DNA of 64,000 nucleotides from Scyliorhinus canicula (GCF_902713615.1 NC_052152.1:209367046-209431045); one strand, 5' to 3'. Shown: positions 38,848 through 51,720, counted from the stretch's first letter. Translations and numbers: made by a program. Notes: a model not told the origin generated them from the sequence alone.

Positions 38848-40868
38848 GTGAGGATGCAGATACTCTTTTTAGCCCTAAAGATTATGGGTGGGTTGAAGAA
38901 CATAGAAGGAGGCCATTCAACCATCGAGTCTGTTCTACCATTCAGTTGGATCATGGTGGACCTGTGCTTTTCCTTTGATGAGTCCTATGAGGAGAGGTTG
39001 AGTAGAATGGTTTCTCTGGTTTTTGAACAGTGACAGATGATCTCTCTGGCATAAAGTTTTTAAAGGGCTTAATCGGCTAGATGCAGAAGAGATTGTTTCC
39101 CCCGGCTGGGAAGTCTAGAAAAGTGGTCATAGTCTCAAGATAAGGGATTGACCATTTAGGCCGGAGGCGAAGAAAAATTGCTTCAATGAGTGTTGTGAAT
39201 CATTGGCATTTTCTACCTCCGAGGACTGTGGTTGCTCAGTCGATGAGGAGATTCAAGGCTGAGGTCAAAAGATTTTTGGATGCTAAAGGATTCGGTACAT
39301 GGGGAAAGAGCTGGAAAGTGGAATTAAAGAGGTACATTTGCCATGATCACGGCCTCAAACTTGCTCCTATTAGATGTATTTAATCAGTTTAGATTTTATT
39401 CTCCAGTCCAGACATAAGCTGGCTGGCATTCCATTGCATTGCCAGCGGTACCATCCTAAACATGGGTCCCACCTGCCTGTTCTGGTGCCTCAGGGGTTTC
39501 TGAAACCCCAAGGTGCAATTTGAAGAGGAGTTGGCCTTGACAACATTCCTCCCGGAGCCAATAATACTAAAACTACTCACTAACCTAGTGAGTTTCCATG
39601 GCACCTTTCAGTAGACAAATTGGTTACTGTGTTTTTGTATTGCTCACTGCGGCTTGTGGGTGTTAAACAAAAGCCTATTCAGAGGTAGGTTTTAAGGAAT
39701 CTTTGAGAGAGGGTTAGGGATAGAATTCCAGAGCTTTGGGTCTAGGCTGCTGACAGCACAGCAGGTAATAGTGGAGAAGTTAAAATTGAAGATGCCTAAG
39801 AGGCCAGAATTAGAGGAGTGCAGATAATAATAATCACTTATTGTCACAAGTAGGCTTCAATGAAGTTACTGTGAAAATCCCCTAGTCGCCACATTCCGAC
39901 GCCTGTTCGGGGAGGCTGGTACGGGAATTGAACCCGCGCTGCTGGCATTGTTCTACATCATAAGCCAGCTGTTTAGTCCAGTGTGCTAAACCAGCCCCTT
40001 AGGACTGGAGGCTGTTGCAGAGTTAAGAAGAGGAGAGGCTATGAAGGGATTTGAAAACAAGGGTGAAGGTTTTAAAAAGGCATTCTCAGAATGGGAGTTA
40101 ATGTAAACCAGTGAGCACAGGGCGATGAGTGGATGGGACTGGGTGTAAGATGCGACACAGGTAGCAGAATTCTCCTGTTTACGGAGAGGGCAAGATTGGA
40201 GGATGACCTGGAGAACATTCCAGTCTGGAAGTAACAACCGTGTGGATAAGGTGAAGAGTAACGATTTCTATACCTTCATCACGCCCGATGAGCACTTGAC
40301 CCAATGATTTACATGCAGCAAAGATTTTGCGAGAAATCCCGGAAGAGATGGGGTGATTGGGGAGTGGATTCCAGGGCAAAGGGCAGAGAGAGTGAAAAGA
40401 GACGTTCTGTTTATTTTATATTTAGCAACGAATGGGGTTGAATTACTGAAGCTGGTTTCAGGGGTGTAATCGGTTCCTTTGTGATTTGTTTCAGTGGAAT
40501 GTAAAGCTGACTGATGACTGGCTGAATTTATAATGTTTACGCTTCAGACCGCAGAATGGGATGAAATTTGTTGAACAGAGAAATTATTCAAATATTTGAA
40601 AAGAAAGCAGAGTTACTGTGCCCTGTTGTGCCACAGTACCGTTCTCATACCTGGCGTTAAGCAACTAACGTATTCTTCCTCTCTCCTCATTTCACCCTTC
40701 TCCTCAATCCAACCCTCTCTTTCATCTCCCTCCCGCGCCCATCCTCCCTGCCCTACCACCGTGCCCTCCCACCCATGCCCTCCCTCCTTCCCTCACCCCC
40801 CCACTCCCTATTTCCACCTCTCTCCCTTTTTCCATCATTCCCCTCCTTTCCTCGCTCCATTCTTCACT

Positions 40869-41960
40869 CTCTCTCGACCCCTCTCTCGACCCCTCTCCCG
40901 CTCTCTCGACCCCTCTCCCGCTCTCTCGACCCCTCCCCCGCTCTCTCGACCCCTCTCCCGCTCTCTCGACCCCTCTCCCGCTCTCTCGACACCTCTCCCG
41001 CTCTCTCGACCCCTCTCCCGCTCTCTCGACCCCTCTCCCGCTCTCTCGACCCCTCCCCCGCTCTCTCGACCCCTCCCCCGCTCTCTGGACCCCTCCCCCG
41101 CTCTCTGGACCCCTCCCCCGCTCTCTCGACCCCTCTCCCGCTCTCTCGACCCCTCTCCCGATCTCTCGACCCCTCTCCCGCTCTCTCGACCCCTCCCCCG
41201 CTCTCTCGACCCCTCCCCCGCCCTCTCGACCACTCCTCCGCCCTCTCGACCCATCCCGCTCTCTCGACCCCTCCCCCGCTCTCTCGACCCCTCCCACGCT
41301 CTCTCGACCCCTCCCACGCTCTCTCGACCCCTCCCCCGCTCTCCATCGACCCCTCCCCCGCTCTCTCGACCCTCCCCCGCTCGTCTCGACCCCTCCCCCG
41401 CTCTCTCGCCCCCTCCCCCGCTCTCTCGCCCCCTCCCCCGCTCTCTCGACCCCTCCCCCGCTCTCTCGACCCCTCCCCCGCTCTCTCGACCCCTCCCCCG
41501 CTCTCTCGACCCCTCCCCCGCTCTCTCGACCCCTCCCCCGCTCTCATCCGACCCCGCCCCCGCTCTCTCGACCCCTCCCCCGCTCCTCGACCCCTCCCCC
41601 GCTCTCTCGACCCCTCCCCCGCTCTCTCGACCCCTCCCCCGCTCTCTCGACCCCTCCCCCGCTCTCTCGACCCCCCCCCCCGCTCTCTCGACCCCTCCCC
41701 CGCTCTCTCGACCCCTCCCCCGCTCTCTCGACCCCTCCCCCGCTCTCTCGACCCCTCCCCCCGCTCACTCGACCCCTCCCCCGCTCACATCGACCCCTCC
41801 CCCGCTCACGATCGCCCCTCCCCCCCGCTCACCGACCCCTCCCCGCTCTCTCGACCCCTCCCCCGCTCTCTCGACCCCTCCCCCGCTCTCTCGATCCCTC
41901 CCCCGCTCTCTCGACCCCTCCCCCGCTCTCTCGACCCCTCCCCCGCTCCCTCGACCCCCC
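40869..41960. repeat. 20-bp C-rich minisatellite (ctctctcgacccctcccccg)n, about 54 copies
   Basis: Direct inspection; followed by about 5 copies of the 18-mer tctttctccttctccctc up to about 42055. Confidence 0.97.
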
Positions 41961-42084
41961 CTTCCCTTTCTCCTTCTCCCTCTCTTTCTCCTTCTCCCTC
42001 TCTTTCTCCTTCTCCCTCTCTTTCTCCTTCTCCCTCTCTTTCTCCTTCTCCCTCTCCCCTTTCTTACTCCCGCCACGCATTCAG

Positions 42085-42228
42085 GAACACAAAGTACTTT
42101 TGACTGGAACTCCTTTGCAGAATACAGTGGAGGAACTCTTCAGTTTGTTAAATTTCCTCGAACCTGTTCACTTTCCTTCTGAGTCCACTTTCATGGAGGA
42201 GTTTGGGGATCTAAAGACTGATGAACAG
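42085..42228 (+). CDS. CHD6: CHD6 exon 8/15 (motif III, TGTPLQN)
   Basis: attcag / gtttgt; 144 nt, [48 protein letters not shown]. Confidence 0.96.
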
Positions 42229-42727
42229 GTTTGTGAGATCTAATTTGGATTGTTGGTGAACAAGATGATCGTTTCAACATTAACAGCTGATGGGGGAGGG
42301 GGTGGGGAGGGAGAGTCCCACAACTATTTGTGTGAAGATGTGCTTGCTGCTGTCACCCCTGAGTGGCCTGGTTTAATGTTCACTGCCTCTCCTGCCAAAG
42401 CAAGATGGCCACCAACACCTATCTTCACCGCATATGAATTGAAAACCATTCATGTAATTGGCTGGATGCATCAGCAACAAATGCTGCCTTGTTACAGATT
42501 TTGTTTCCGTAGTCGTTAACAAAACCATGTATCTTGTGTAAGAGAAACAGTGCAGAGAATAGCAAAATGTTTTGGGTATTGATGAGTGAGTATTGCATTG
42601 AAGTTTGGGGAATGACTAAATCTGATCTCCATACGCTCAATTATGCCACAGAGTGAAGCATACAGTTGTACTGACTGCACACGTGCCATATTGGCAGAAA
42701 ACATAGTCTTTAAGGTTATCTACCCTT

Positions 42728-42953
42728 GGCACGGTGGCGCAGTGGTTAGCACTGCTGCCTCACGGCGCTGAGGACCTGGGTTTAATCCCTGCTCTGGGTC
42801 ACTGTCCGTGGGAAGTTTGCACACCGTCTCCCCGTGTCTGCGTGGGTCTCACCCTCACAACCCAAAGATGTGCAAGGTAGGTGGATTGGCCACACTAAAT
42901 TGCCTCTTAATTGGGGAAAAAAATAATTGGGTACTTCAAATTTATTTTAAAAA
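42728..42953 (+). mobile_element. Short V-SINE (A-rich tail)
   Basis: Flanked by the duplication aaggttatc(t/c)accc. Confidence 0.85.
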
Positions 42954-43964
42954 AGGTTATCCACCCATTCTGTTTCCCTCACCCCACTGGAGGAAATATT
43001 TTCTCGCTGTCTACCCTATCAGATCCTTTAATTACCTTGCTTTAATTAGATCACCCCTAGATCTATATGCATGGGAAATAACGTCCAGTCTGTGAAACGT
43101 AAAAATCTGTGGCCCATTGGTGTGGGTCACAAACCTGGAGCAATGCTCTGCAGTTCCAGGTTCCACCATGGTAGATGGTTACATTTGAATTCTGAAATAA
43201 ATTCTCATAATTAAACTCACTTAAGCCCTGGTTCTGGTCGACCTGTGCTGCTCCGAGGCAAATATATCCTTCCTAAAGCCTGGTGCCCATATCGGAATGT
43301 TTTTGTGGGTCAAACTAGAGCTGTATAGTTGAAGAGTATGTATTTGTATCTAGACCCTTTGAGATTAAGGATGTTACATTACCCTTTTAGATTATTTTTG
43401 TACCTGCCCCCTAGCTTTCAGTAATTTCTGTGGCCTCCAATCTCTCTGCTGGTCCACAATTCCTAGCTTCTCATCATTTAGAAAATATTCCGATCTCTCT
43501 TGGGTCCAATGTGGATGAAATCTCGCTTTCCGACGTTATACAGCATCTCCTACAGTCTTGCCTATTCACTTAATCATTCAGTGCCCTTTGCAGTTTTCTG
43601 CTCCCATGCTGCATGCCTTACCCTGCCACCTAACATAGTGTCGTCAGCAAATTTTAATATCCGGCTCCAGTTTAATTTATCCAAGTCATTTATAGATGAT
43701 GTGAAAAGCTGCGCCCCCAGTTTTGATCTCACGGGAGCTTTGCAAGTCACATCCTGCCAGTACGAGCACGTACCCATGATTCCTACACTACGCTTCCTAA
43801 TCAGTTTTTATTCAAGCCATCAATTCATGCATCTCATTTTTATTAAACCTCATGTACCTTGTCGAAGTTTACTTCTGCAGAAACCCCCTTAACTACCAGG
43901 TTATCTGCAGGTACAGAGAGAAACAGAGTTAACGTTTCAGATCGACAATGTTTAATCAGAGCAG

Positions 43965-44290
43965 GGGTGGCACAGTGGTTAGCACTGCTGCCTCACAGTG
44001 CCAGGGATCCGGGTTCAATTCCGGCCTTGGGTGACTGTGTGGAGTTTGCACTTTCTCCCCGTGTCTGCGTGGGTTTCCTCCGGGAGCTCCTGTTTCCTCC
44101 CACAGTCCAAAGATGTGCAGGTTAAGCGGATTGGCCTGGATCAATTGCTCCTTGGCATCCAGGGATATGCAGGTTAAGTGGGGTTAGGGGGTTGTAGGGA
44201 TAGGATGAGAGCCTGGTTTGGGTGCTCTTTCAGGAGGTCAGTGCAAACTCAATGGGCTGAATAGCCTCCTGCACTCTAGAGATTCTATGA
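43965..44290 (+). mobile_element. HE1-type V-SINE
   Basis: Head, V-domain, CR1-like tail ending gattctatga. Confidence 0.85.
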
Positions 44291-44506
44291 ACTGAGGAAA
44301 GATGGATGTTTTAAAAGTTAGAAACAAATTAATTAACTCTTCAAATTCAGATTGCTTCTTTAGGCGTAACCGTTAAAGGTCCGAGCCTGCTCTCTAGTCA
44401 GCTCATATTTGTCGAAATATTAAGACACTCAGTCCTTAATAACAGATTCTAGTAACTTCTTCACAAGTAAATGGGTGTTTTGGGGGTTTGGTTAGCTCCT
44501 TGTAAT

Positions 44507-44679
44507 GAGTCTGTCGGCCTCAGACACCTCAGTAATGAGTGATTGGACTGAAACTGCCACTCTTAAGGCAGATGCAGTAATCTAATAGTTGAACAAGGGC
44601 ATTCTGCACTTTGCCAGTTGTTGATAGACAAGCAAGCTCATTTAATCGGAGCTGAAAGGTGTCTGAGGCCGACAGACTC
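44507..44679. repeat. Perfect 23-bp inverted repeat enclosing 127 nt
   Basis: GAGTCTGTCGGCCTCAGACACCT (44507-44529) and AGGTGTCTGAGGCCGACAGACTC (44657-44679). Confidence 0.9.
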
Positions 44680-44837
44680 GTTTTCTTTTAACAGCATTGT
44701 CCTGATTGAGCAGGTGGTAGGGGCCTTGTGTGTATGAGTAAACTTTCAGCTGGTTAAACTCTAGCAGTGTGGTGTGCACACCTAAAAGTTCTAATACTTG
44801 GTATTTTCCAACTTGTAGCCCAATTCTGAGGTGTTAC

Positions 44838-45255
44838 CGTGGCGCAATGGTTAGCACTGCTGCCTCACGGCGCTGAGGACCCGGGTTCGATCCCAGGCCC
44901 GAGGTCACTGTCCGTGTGGAGTTTGCACATTCTCCCCGTGTCTGCATGGGTCTCACCCAACAACCCAAAGTTGTGCAGGGTGGGTGAAATGAAATGAAAT
45001 GAAAATTGTTTATTGTCACAAGTAGGCTTCAAATGAAGTTACTGTGAAAAGCCCCTAGTCGCCACATTCCGGCGTCTGTCCGGGGAGGCTGGTACGGGAA
45101 TTGAACCGTGTTGCTGACCTGCCTTGGTCTGCTTTAAAAGCCAACGATTTAGCCCAGTGTGCTAAACCAGCTCCTGTAGTGGATTGGCCACGCTAAATTG
45201 CCCCTTAATTGTGAAAAAAAAATAATTAGGTACTCTTTTTTTTAAAAAAAATTAA
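44838..45255 (+). mobile_element. Short V-SINE with a nested GGGCTGG-family SINE (- strand, about 44987-45175)
   Basis: The host is split at gggtgggtg | gtagtggattggccacg. Confidence 0.85.
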
Positions 45256-45793
45256 ATTTGTAGTCCAATTCTTTTACTTCATATCGTTTAAACTGACATT
45301 GCTGCTGCAATACTGCGGGAGGTGTTTCCTTTGAATAGGATTGTTAAACTGAGGCTCCTCTTGACTTCTCAGGTTGACTTAAAAGATGCCATAGTACCAG
45401 CAGAGAAATTCTCCCCACATCTATCCAACAACACCAGAACATTTCACTGCAACTGCAGCGATCATGCTGTGTTCGATTGGTCTGCTTTATCTGCAAACAT
45501 AAATGCTTTGAGATGTTTGGGAAAAATTATTTTGTGTCTCAAGCACCAAGTCAGCCTGTGTGAAACAAAATTACATCGCTGTGGGCAGTGATAAAGAACT
45601 TGGTTTGTGGTCAGATTGAAACTTTAGCGGTGATCCCACATCTCAATATGATGGCTGATCCGAGTTCTTAACCTTGCACTTTTGTGTTAGTGCAAATCCA
45701 AATAAGTTCAGCATGTTAGCCTGTATCTTGAAAATCAAATGGTTTTGGTAATGCTCTCTCTCCTTTCCTTTCCCTCCAAAGCATCAAATATAT

Positions 45794-47487
45794 ATATATT
45801 TTTTTTAAATAATTTTTATTGGAATTTTTTACAGAAAAAATAACAAAAAGTATAGCAAAAAGCAGTAATATGCAACTAACAGCCCCATAACACCCACAAT
45901 TCCCCCCATACCGTAACATCACATGTATCACATTCCCCCCCCCCCCCCCCCCCAAACAAGAGAACTTAACCATAATTAAAATTAGATAAATCAAATTTAA
46001 ATAAAATAAGCTAACATAATCAACGTCCCCCCCACCCCCCCCCGGGTTGCTGCTGCTACTGTCCAGGTACCCTATCGTTGAGCCAGAAAGTCGAGGAAAG
46101 GTTGCCACCGCTTAAAGAACCCTTGCACCGATCATCTCAGGGTGAATTTGACCTTCTCTAGCTTAATGAAGCCCGCCATGTCATTGATCCAGGTCTCCAC
46201 GCTTGGGGGCCTCGCGTCCTTCCACTGTAGCAAAATCCTTCGCCGGGCTACTAGGGACGCAAAGGCCAGCACACCGGCCTCTTTCGCCTCCTGCACTCCC
46301 GGCTCTACCCCAACCCCAAAGATCGCGAGTCCCCATCCTGGCTTGATCCTGGATCCCACCACCCTTGACACCGTCCTCGCCACCCCCTTCCAGAACTCCT
46401 CCAATGCCGGGCATGCCCAGAACATATGGGCATGGTTCGCTGGACTCCCCGAGCACCTGGCACACCTATCTTCACCCCCAAAGAAGCTACTCATCCTCGT
46501 CCCAGTCATGTGGGCCCTATGCAGCACCTTGAATTGGATGAGGCTAAGCCGCGCACACGAGGAGGAAGAATTTACCCTCTCCAGGGCATCAGCCCATGTC
46601 CCGTCTTCGATCTGTTCCCCCAGTTCCCCCTCCCACTTCGTTTTCAGCTCCTCTACTGACGCCTCTTCCTTCTCCTGCATAAGCTTGTAGATATCGGATA
46701 TCTTCCCCTCCCCGACCCAGACCCCCGAGAGCACCCTGTCACTCACCCCCTTCGCGGGGAGCGCAGGGAATCCCTCCACCTGCCGTCTAGCAAATGCCTT
46801 TACCTGCAGATATCTAAACATGTTTCCCGGCGGGAGCCCAAATTTCTCCTCCAACTCCCCCAGGCTCGCAAACCTTCCGTCGATAAACAGGTCCCTCAGC
46901 TGTCTGATGCCCGCTCTATACCATCCCCGAAATCCCCCATCCATGTTCCCCGGGACGAACCTATGGTTCCCCCTTAACGGAGCCTCCATCGAGCCCCCCA
47001 CTTCTCCCCTATGTCGCCTCCACTGCCCCCAAATCTTGAGGGTAGCTGCCACCACCGGACTCGTGGTATACCTCGTGGGAGGGAGCGGCCACGGCGCCGT
47101 TACCAGGGCCCCCAGGCTTGTATCCCCACAGGACGCTCTCTCCATCCGTTTCCATGCTGCCTCCTCCCCCTCCATCACCCACTTATGCACCATCGACACG
47201 TTGGCCGCCCAGTAGTACCCCGAGAGGTTGGGCAACGCCAGCCCCCCCCCATCCCTACTCCGCTCCAAGAAGACCCTCTTCACCCTCGGGGTGCCATGCG
47301 CCCAAACAAATCCCATGATGCTGCTGGTCACCCTTTTAAAAAAGGCCCTAGGGATAAAGATGGGCAAGCACTGGAAGAGGAACAAGAACCTCGGGAGAAC
47401 CGTCATTTTGACGGATTGCACTCTGCCCGCCAGCGATAGCGGCACCATGTCCCACCTTTTAAATTCCTCCTCCATCTGTTCCACTAG
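45794..47487 (-). mobile_element. Young L1/Tx1-like LINE, 5'-truncated
   Basis: Uninterrupted 459-aa ORF2 C-terminal frame, same family as 2083-3075; 14-bp TSD agcatcaaatatat at 45780-45793 and 47488-47501. Confidence 0.94.
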
Positions 47488-47856
47488 AGCATCAAATATA
47501 TTAACTGACACTCTGTAACTCTGAAATCAAGTTTCATTGCATATTCCGTCTCCCCTTTTCCCAGAATCTCTTTACCTTTTTCAAACAACCTACCAACTTT
47601 GAAAATCCAACCATTGCTGTTAACTGGTCATTCTTTCTTGGCTTAGTGTTGTCTTTAACCATTACTGTTTCCTGCACCATGGATTACAGCCCTTCACATG
47701 GGTTTCTCAGTTCTCCTTGTTGTTACTACTTGAAATTGCATTCAGTTTCCCCAATTTAAGTGTTAAATGCTTCTTTGGGATCACATCAATTTGAAGGTTA
47801 GCCCAAGTACGCTACTGTTGACTGAGTCATTAACGTGGCCCCTTTCCACATTATAG

Positions 47857-48112
47857 GTGAAGAAGCTGCAGGCAGTGCTGAAACCCATGATGCTTCGAAG
47901 ACTGAAGGACGATGTGGAAAAAAATTTGGCTCCGAAAGAGGAGACCATTATTGAGGTGGAACTAACCAACATCCAGAAAAAGTACTACAGGGCTATCTTG
48001 GAGAGGAATTTCTCCTTCTTAGCTAAGGGGGCGAACCAGGCCAACATGCCAAACCTGCTGAATACCATGATGGAACTGAGAAAGTGCTGTAACCATCCCT
48101 ACCTGATCAATG
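47857..48112 (+). CDS. CHD6: CHD6 exon 9/15
   Basis: ttatag / gtaagt; 256 nt, [37 protein letters not shown]...[15 protein letters not shown]+G. Confidence 0.97.
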
Positions 48113-48798
48113 GTAAGTCCGGTGTATCGCACTCAATTTGTAGTATCAATACTACTCATCCACTTGTTCAAATCACTCCCTATCCTCGCTCCTCCCTATC
48201 TCCATAACCTCCATTTAATCAAGGGTTATGTGGATAAGGCTGGAAAGTGGAGTTGAGGATTATCACATCAGTCATGATCTCATGGAATGGCAGAACAGAC
48301 TCGATGGGCTGAATGACCTACCTCTGTTCCTACATTTTATGGTCCTCCAGCCCCTCAACTTCCTGACATCTTCCAGGCAGCATGGTGGTGCAGTGGTTAG
48401 CAATGCTGCATCATGGCACCGAGGTCTCAGGTTTAGTGGCTAAATGCACTGAGCATTGCATAGCTGAGCAACACAAAGTAGAAGACTCTAGGTTCAATTC
48501 CTAGTTAGTGTTGTTATCCAGAAAGGCAGTACTGCCTTCATATCTCCAACACGGGTAGGAAATGGTTCTAGCTCCTGTTTGCTCTCTAATCACCCTGTCA
48601 GAAGGTGCGAGTGTGTGGATGTCAGGCGGCATTACGATCTAGCTTAGCTGTGATGCTCACTGATCAAACACTCCGCCAAAATTCACTGCCCACACGAACA
48701 ATGGTTACTTGATTGACGGTTACGGAGAGATTTTGTAGAGATGTTCAAATTATGAACAGAAATTATTTCCAGTTGTTAACCAGAGAGCACAGTTTTAA

Positions 48799-49330
48799 AA
48801 ATTTTTTTAGAGTACCCAATTATTTTTTCCAATTAAGGGGCAATTTAGCGTGGCCAATCCACCTATCCTGCACATCTTTTTGGGTTGTGGGGCTGAAACC
48901 CACGCAGACACGGGGAGAATGTGCAAACTCCTCACGGACAGTGACCCAGAGCCGGGATTTGAACCCGGGTCCTCAGCGCCGTAGGCAGCAATGCTAACCA
49001 CTGTGCCGCCATGCTGCCCCGAGAGCACAGTTTTAAGGTGATTAGCACAAGAAGCAAAGGAAAGATAGTGAAAAAATTTCCTAAACATGTTATGATGGGG
49101 GCAGCACAGTGGCGCAGTGCTTAGCATTGCTGCCTATGGCGCTGAGAACCTGGATTCGATCCTGGCCCCAGGTCACTGTGTGGAGTTTGCACATTTTCCC
49201 CATGTCTGCGCGGGTTTCATCTCCACAACCCAAAGATGTCCAGGGTAGGTAGATTGACCAGACTAAATTGCCCCTTAATTGGAAAAAATTAATTGGGTAC
49301 TCTAAATTTATATTTTTTAAAAATAAGCAA
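48799..49330. mobile_element. Divergent pair of short V-SINEs: (-) 48799-49021 and (+) 49098-49325
   Basis: TSDs agagcacagttttaa and gttatgatg. Confidence 0.88.
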
Positions 49331-49715
49331 GTTATGATGATCAGGAAAGCGCTTCCTGCGAGGGCAGTGGAAGCGGATTCGACAGCAATGTAAAGAAAAT
49401 TGAATAATAATTGAAAAGGAAATGGTTGGAAGCTGTAGGGAAAGGGTGGGGAAGTGAGACCAATTGAGTAGGTTTTCAAAGAGCTAGCATTGGTGTGATT
49501 GGCTGAATGGCCTCCTGTGCTATGGTTATAAGTCCCTGGCAATCTGTGAAGTGATGCTTGTGGGACAGGAGGGTAATGGTTATGGGGAAAGTGGAATAAA
49601 GAAGGAACAAAAAGGAGTGTGTTAAGTGGAGCACGGAGGCATGGATTCCTTTAACAAGAGACAGAACTGAAGTTCTCGATGGGGGTAAGATGCTTAATCA
49701 GAATTTGAATTTTGA

Positions 49716-49937
<222 letters not shown>

Positions 49938-50067
49938 TGAGACCCCCTGTGCATGCTGGGCCCATGCCACCTCCTTTGTGGTGCGCATTGCTTCGCCATC
50001 AAAAATATGACCGTCATGAAGAATTATTCTGAATGGCTGGTGATCTATGTTATAAAAGAGTCCTTTG

Positions 50068-50262
50068 AGGGTGGAACGGTGGCTAGCACAGCTGCCACAT
50101 GATGCCGAGGTCCCAGGTTCAATCCCGGCCCTGGATCACTGTCCGTGTGGAGTTTGCGTATTCTCCCCGTGTCTGCGTGGGTTTCACCCCCACAACCCAA
50201 AGATGTGCAGGGTAGGTGGATTGGCCACGCTAAATTACCCCTTAATTGGAAAAAAATAAATA
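50068..50262 (+). mobile_element. Short V-SINE
   Basis: Head, shortened V-domain, A-rich end; duplicated gagtccttt. Confidence 0.85.
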
Positions 50263-50803
50263 CACGAGTCCTTTTTGTCACTGTTAAATTGATTAAAATT
50301 AAAAGCGTATGCAACCTATTCAGATGTTGTGATTGTAGCTTCCTTGTTTGCCTAGTGGATAACAGCATTAAACCATTGCGATTTAATCCCTAGTTTTGCT
50401 CGGGTTTGACTTTATTGGAGTCAGCATTTGAACCTCCTTGGGTTAGGGAAATTTGTGAAAATTAGCATTGTCTATTCCTGATGGCTAGCCAGTCATTTCC
50501 ACTGGGTACTGGATGGTATATTGACCCAGCAATGATAAATAATACCTGACCAAGTTGGAATGGTGTGTGACTTTGCGATGGTGTGTTCCCATTACCTTGC
50601 TGCTGTTGGTAGGAGCTATTGAAGCAACCATCGCGAGCTGCCTTAGTGCAAACTGATGGGATGCTTGAAGCAGATTCAGCACCTTTCAAAAGAGATTAGA
50701 TAGATTTGCAGGATTCTGGGGAAAGGGCGGGGGAGTGGACTAATTAGCTAGTTTTTTCAATAACCCGGCACATACACAATGAGTCTCTCAGTCTCTATTG
50801 TAA

Positions 50804-51109
<306 letters not shown>

Positions 51110-51512
51110 TAGTGCTAATTGATCTGCCCTTAGAGCTGAACAGACACTGCACTCTGCTTCCATCACTAATCCTCTGCACTGAGCGTTTATTGAAACTCAA
51201 TGTGGTGTAGCCTCTGGAATAATTGTAGCCTGTAAAAACCTTTAGGGATTTCCAATAGATTTGCTTGCTGTAAACACATTCAATTAGTCCACAAAAGAAA
51301 ATTGCTAATTGATGATTCTTTAATTGGTAAATGCAAAAGAGAAGTAATAAGGCTAATTATCATGAGGGATTAAAAGTTACAATATGGGCTTATTATTTAG
51401 GAATCATAAGGCAAGTTGTTGGCATTACTATATTGCAAATGCTTAAAATCTGAAATAAACAAAGGAAATGCTTGAAATGCTCCACAGGTCTGGCAGCATC
51501 TGTGTAGAGAGA

Positions 51513-51720
51513 GTAGCAGTAAGAAGTCTTACAACACCAGATTAAAGTCCCAACAGATTTGTTTCGAATCACTAGCTTTTGGAGCGCAGCTCCTTCCTCG
51601 GGTAAATAAGCAGTGCTCCGAAAGCTAGTGATTCGAAACAACCCTGTGGGACTTTAACCTGGTGTTGTAAGACTTCTTACTGTGCTCAACCCAGTCCAAT
51701 GCCGGCATCTCCACATCTTA
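51513..51720. mobile_element. Penelope-derived palindromic mini-element nested in another Penelope-like repeat
   Basis: About 70-bp inverted arms (51517-51587 and 51613-51682); 10-bp TSD tgtagagaga at 51503-51512 and 51721-51730. Confidence 0.7.

Noticed and set aside
40596-42182. 528-aa and 442-aa Pro/Ser-rich ORFs and the Arg/Gly/Glu-rich antisense ORFs
   Set aside because: They arise from a stop-free 20-bp minisatellite; the real exon (42085-42228) is in another frame.
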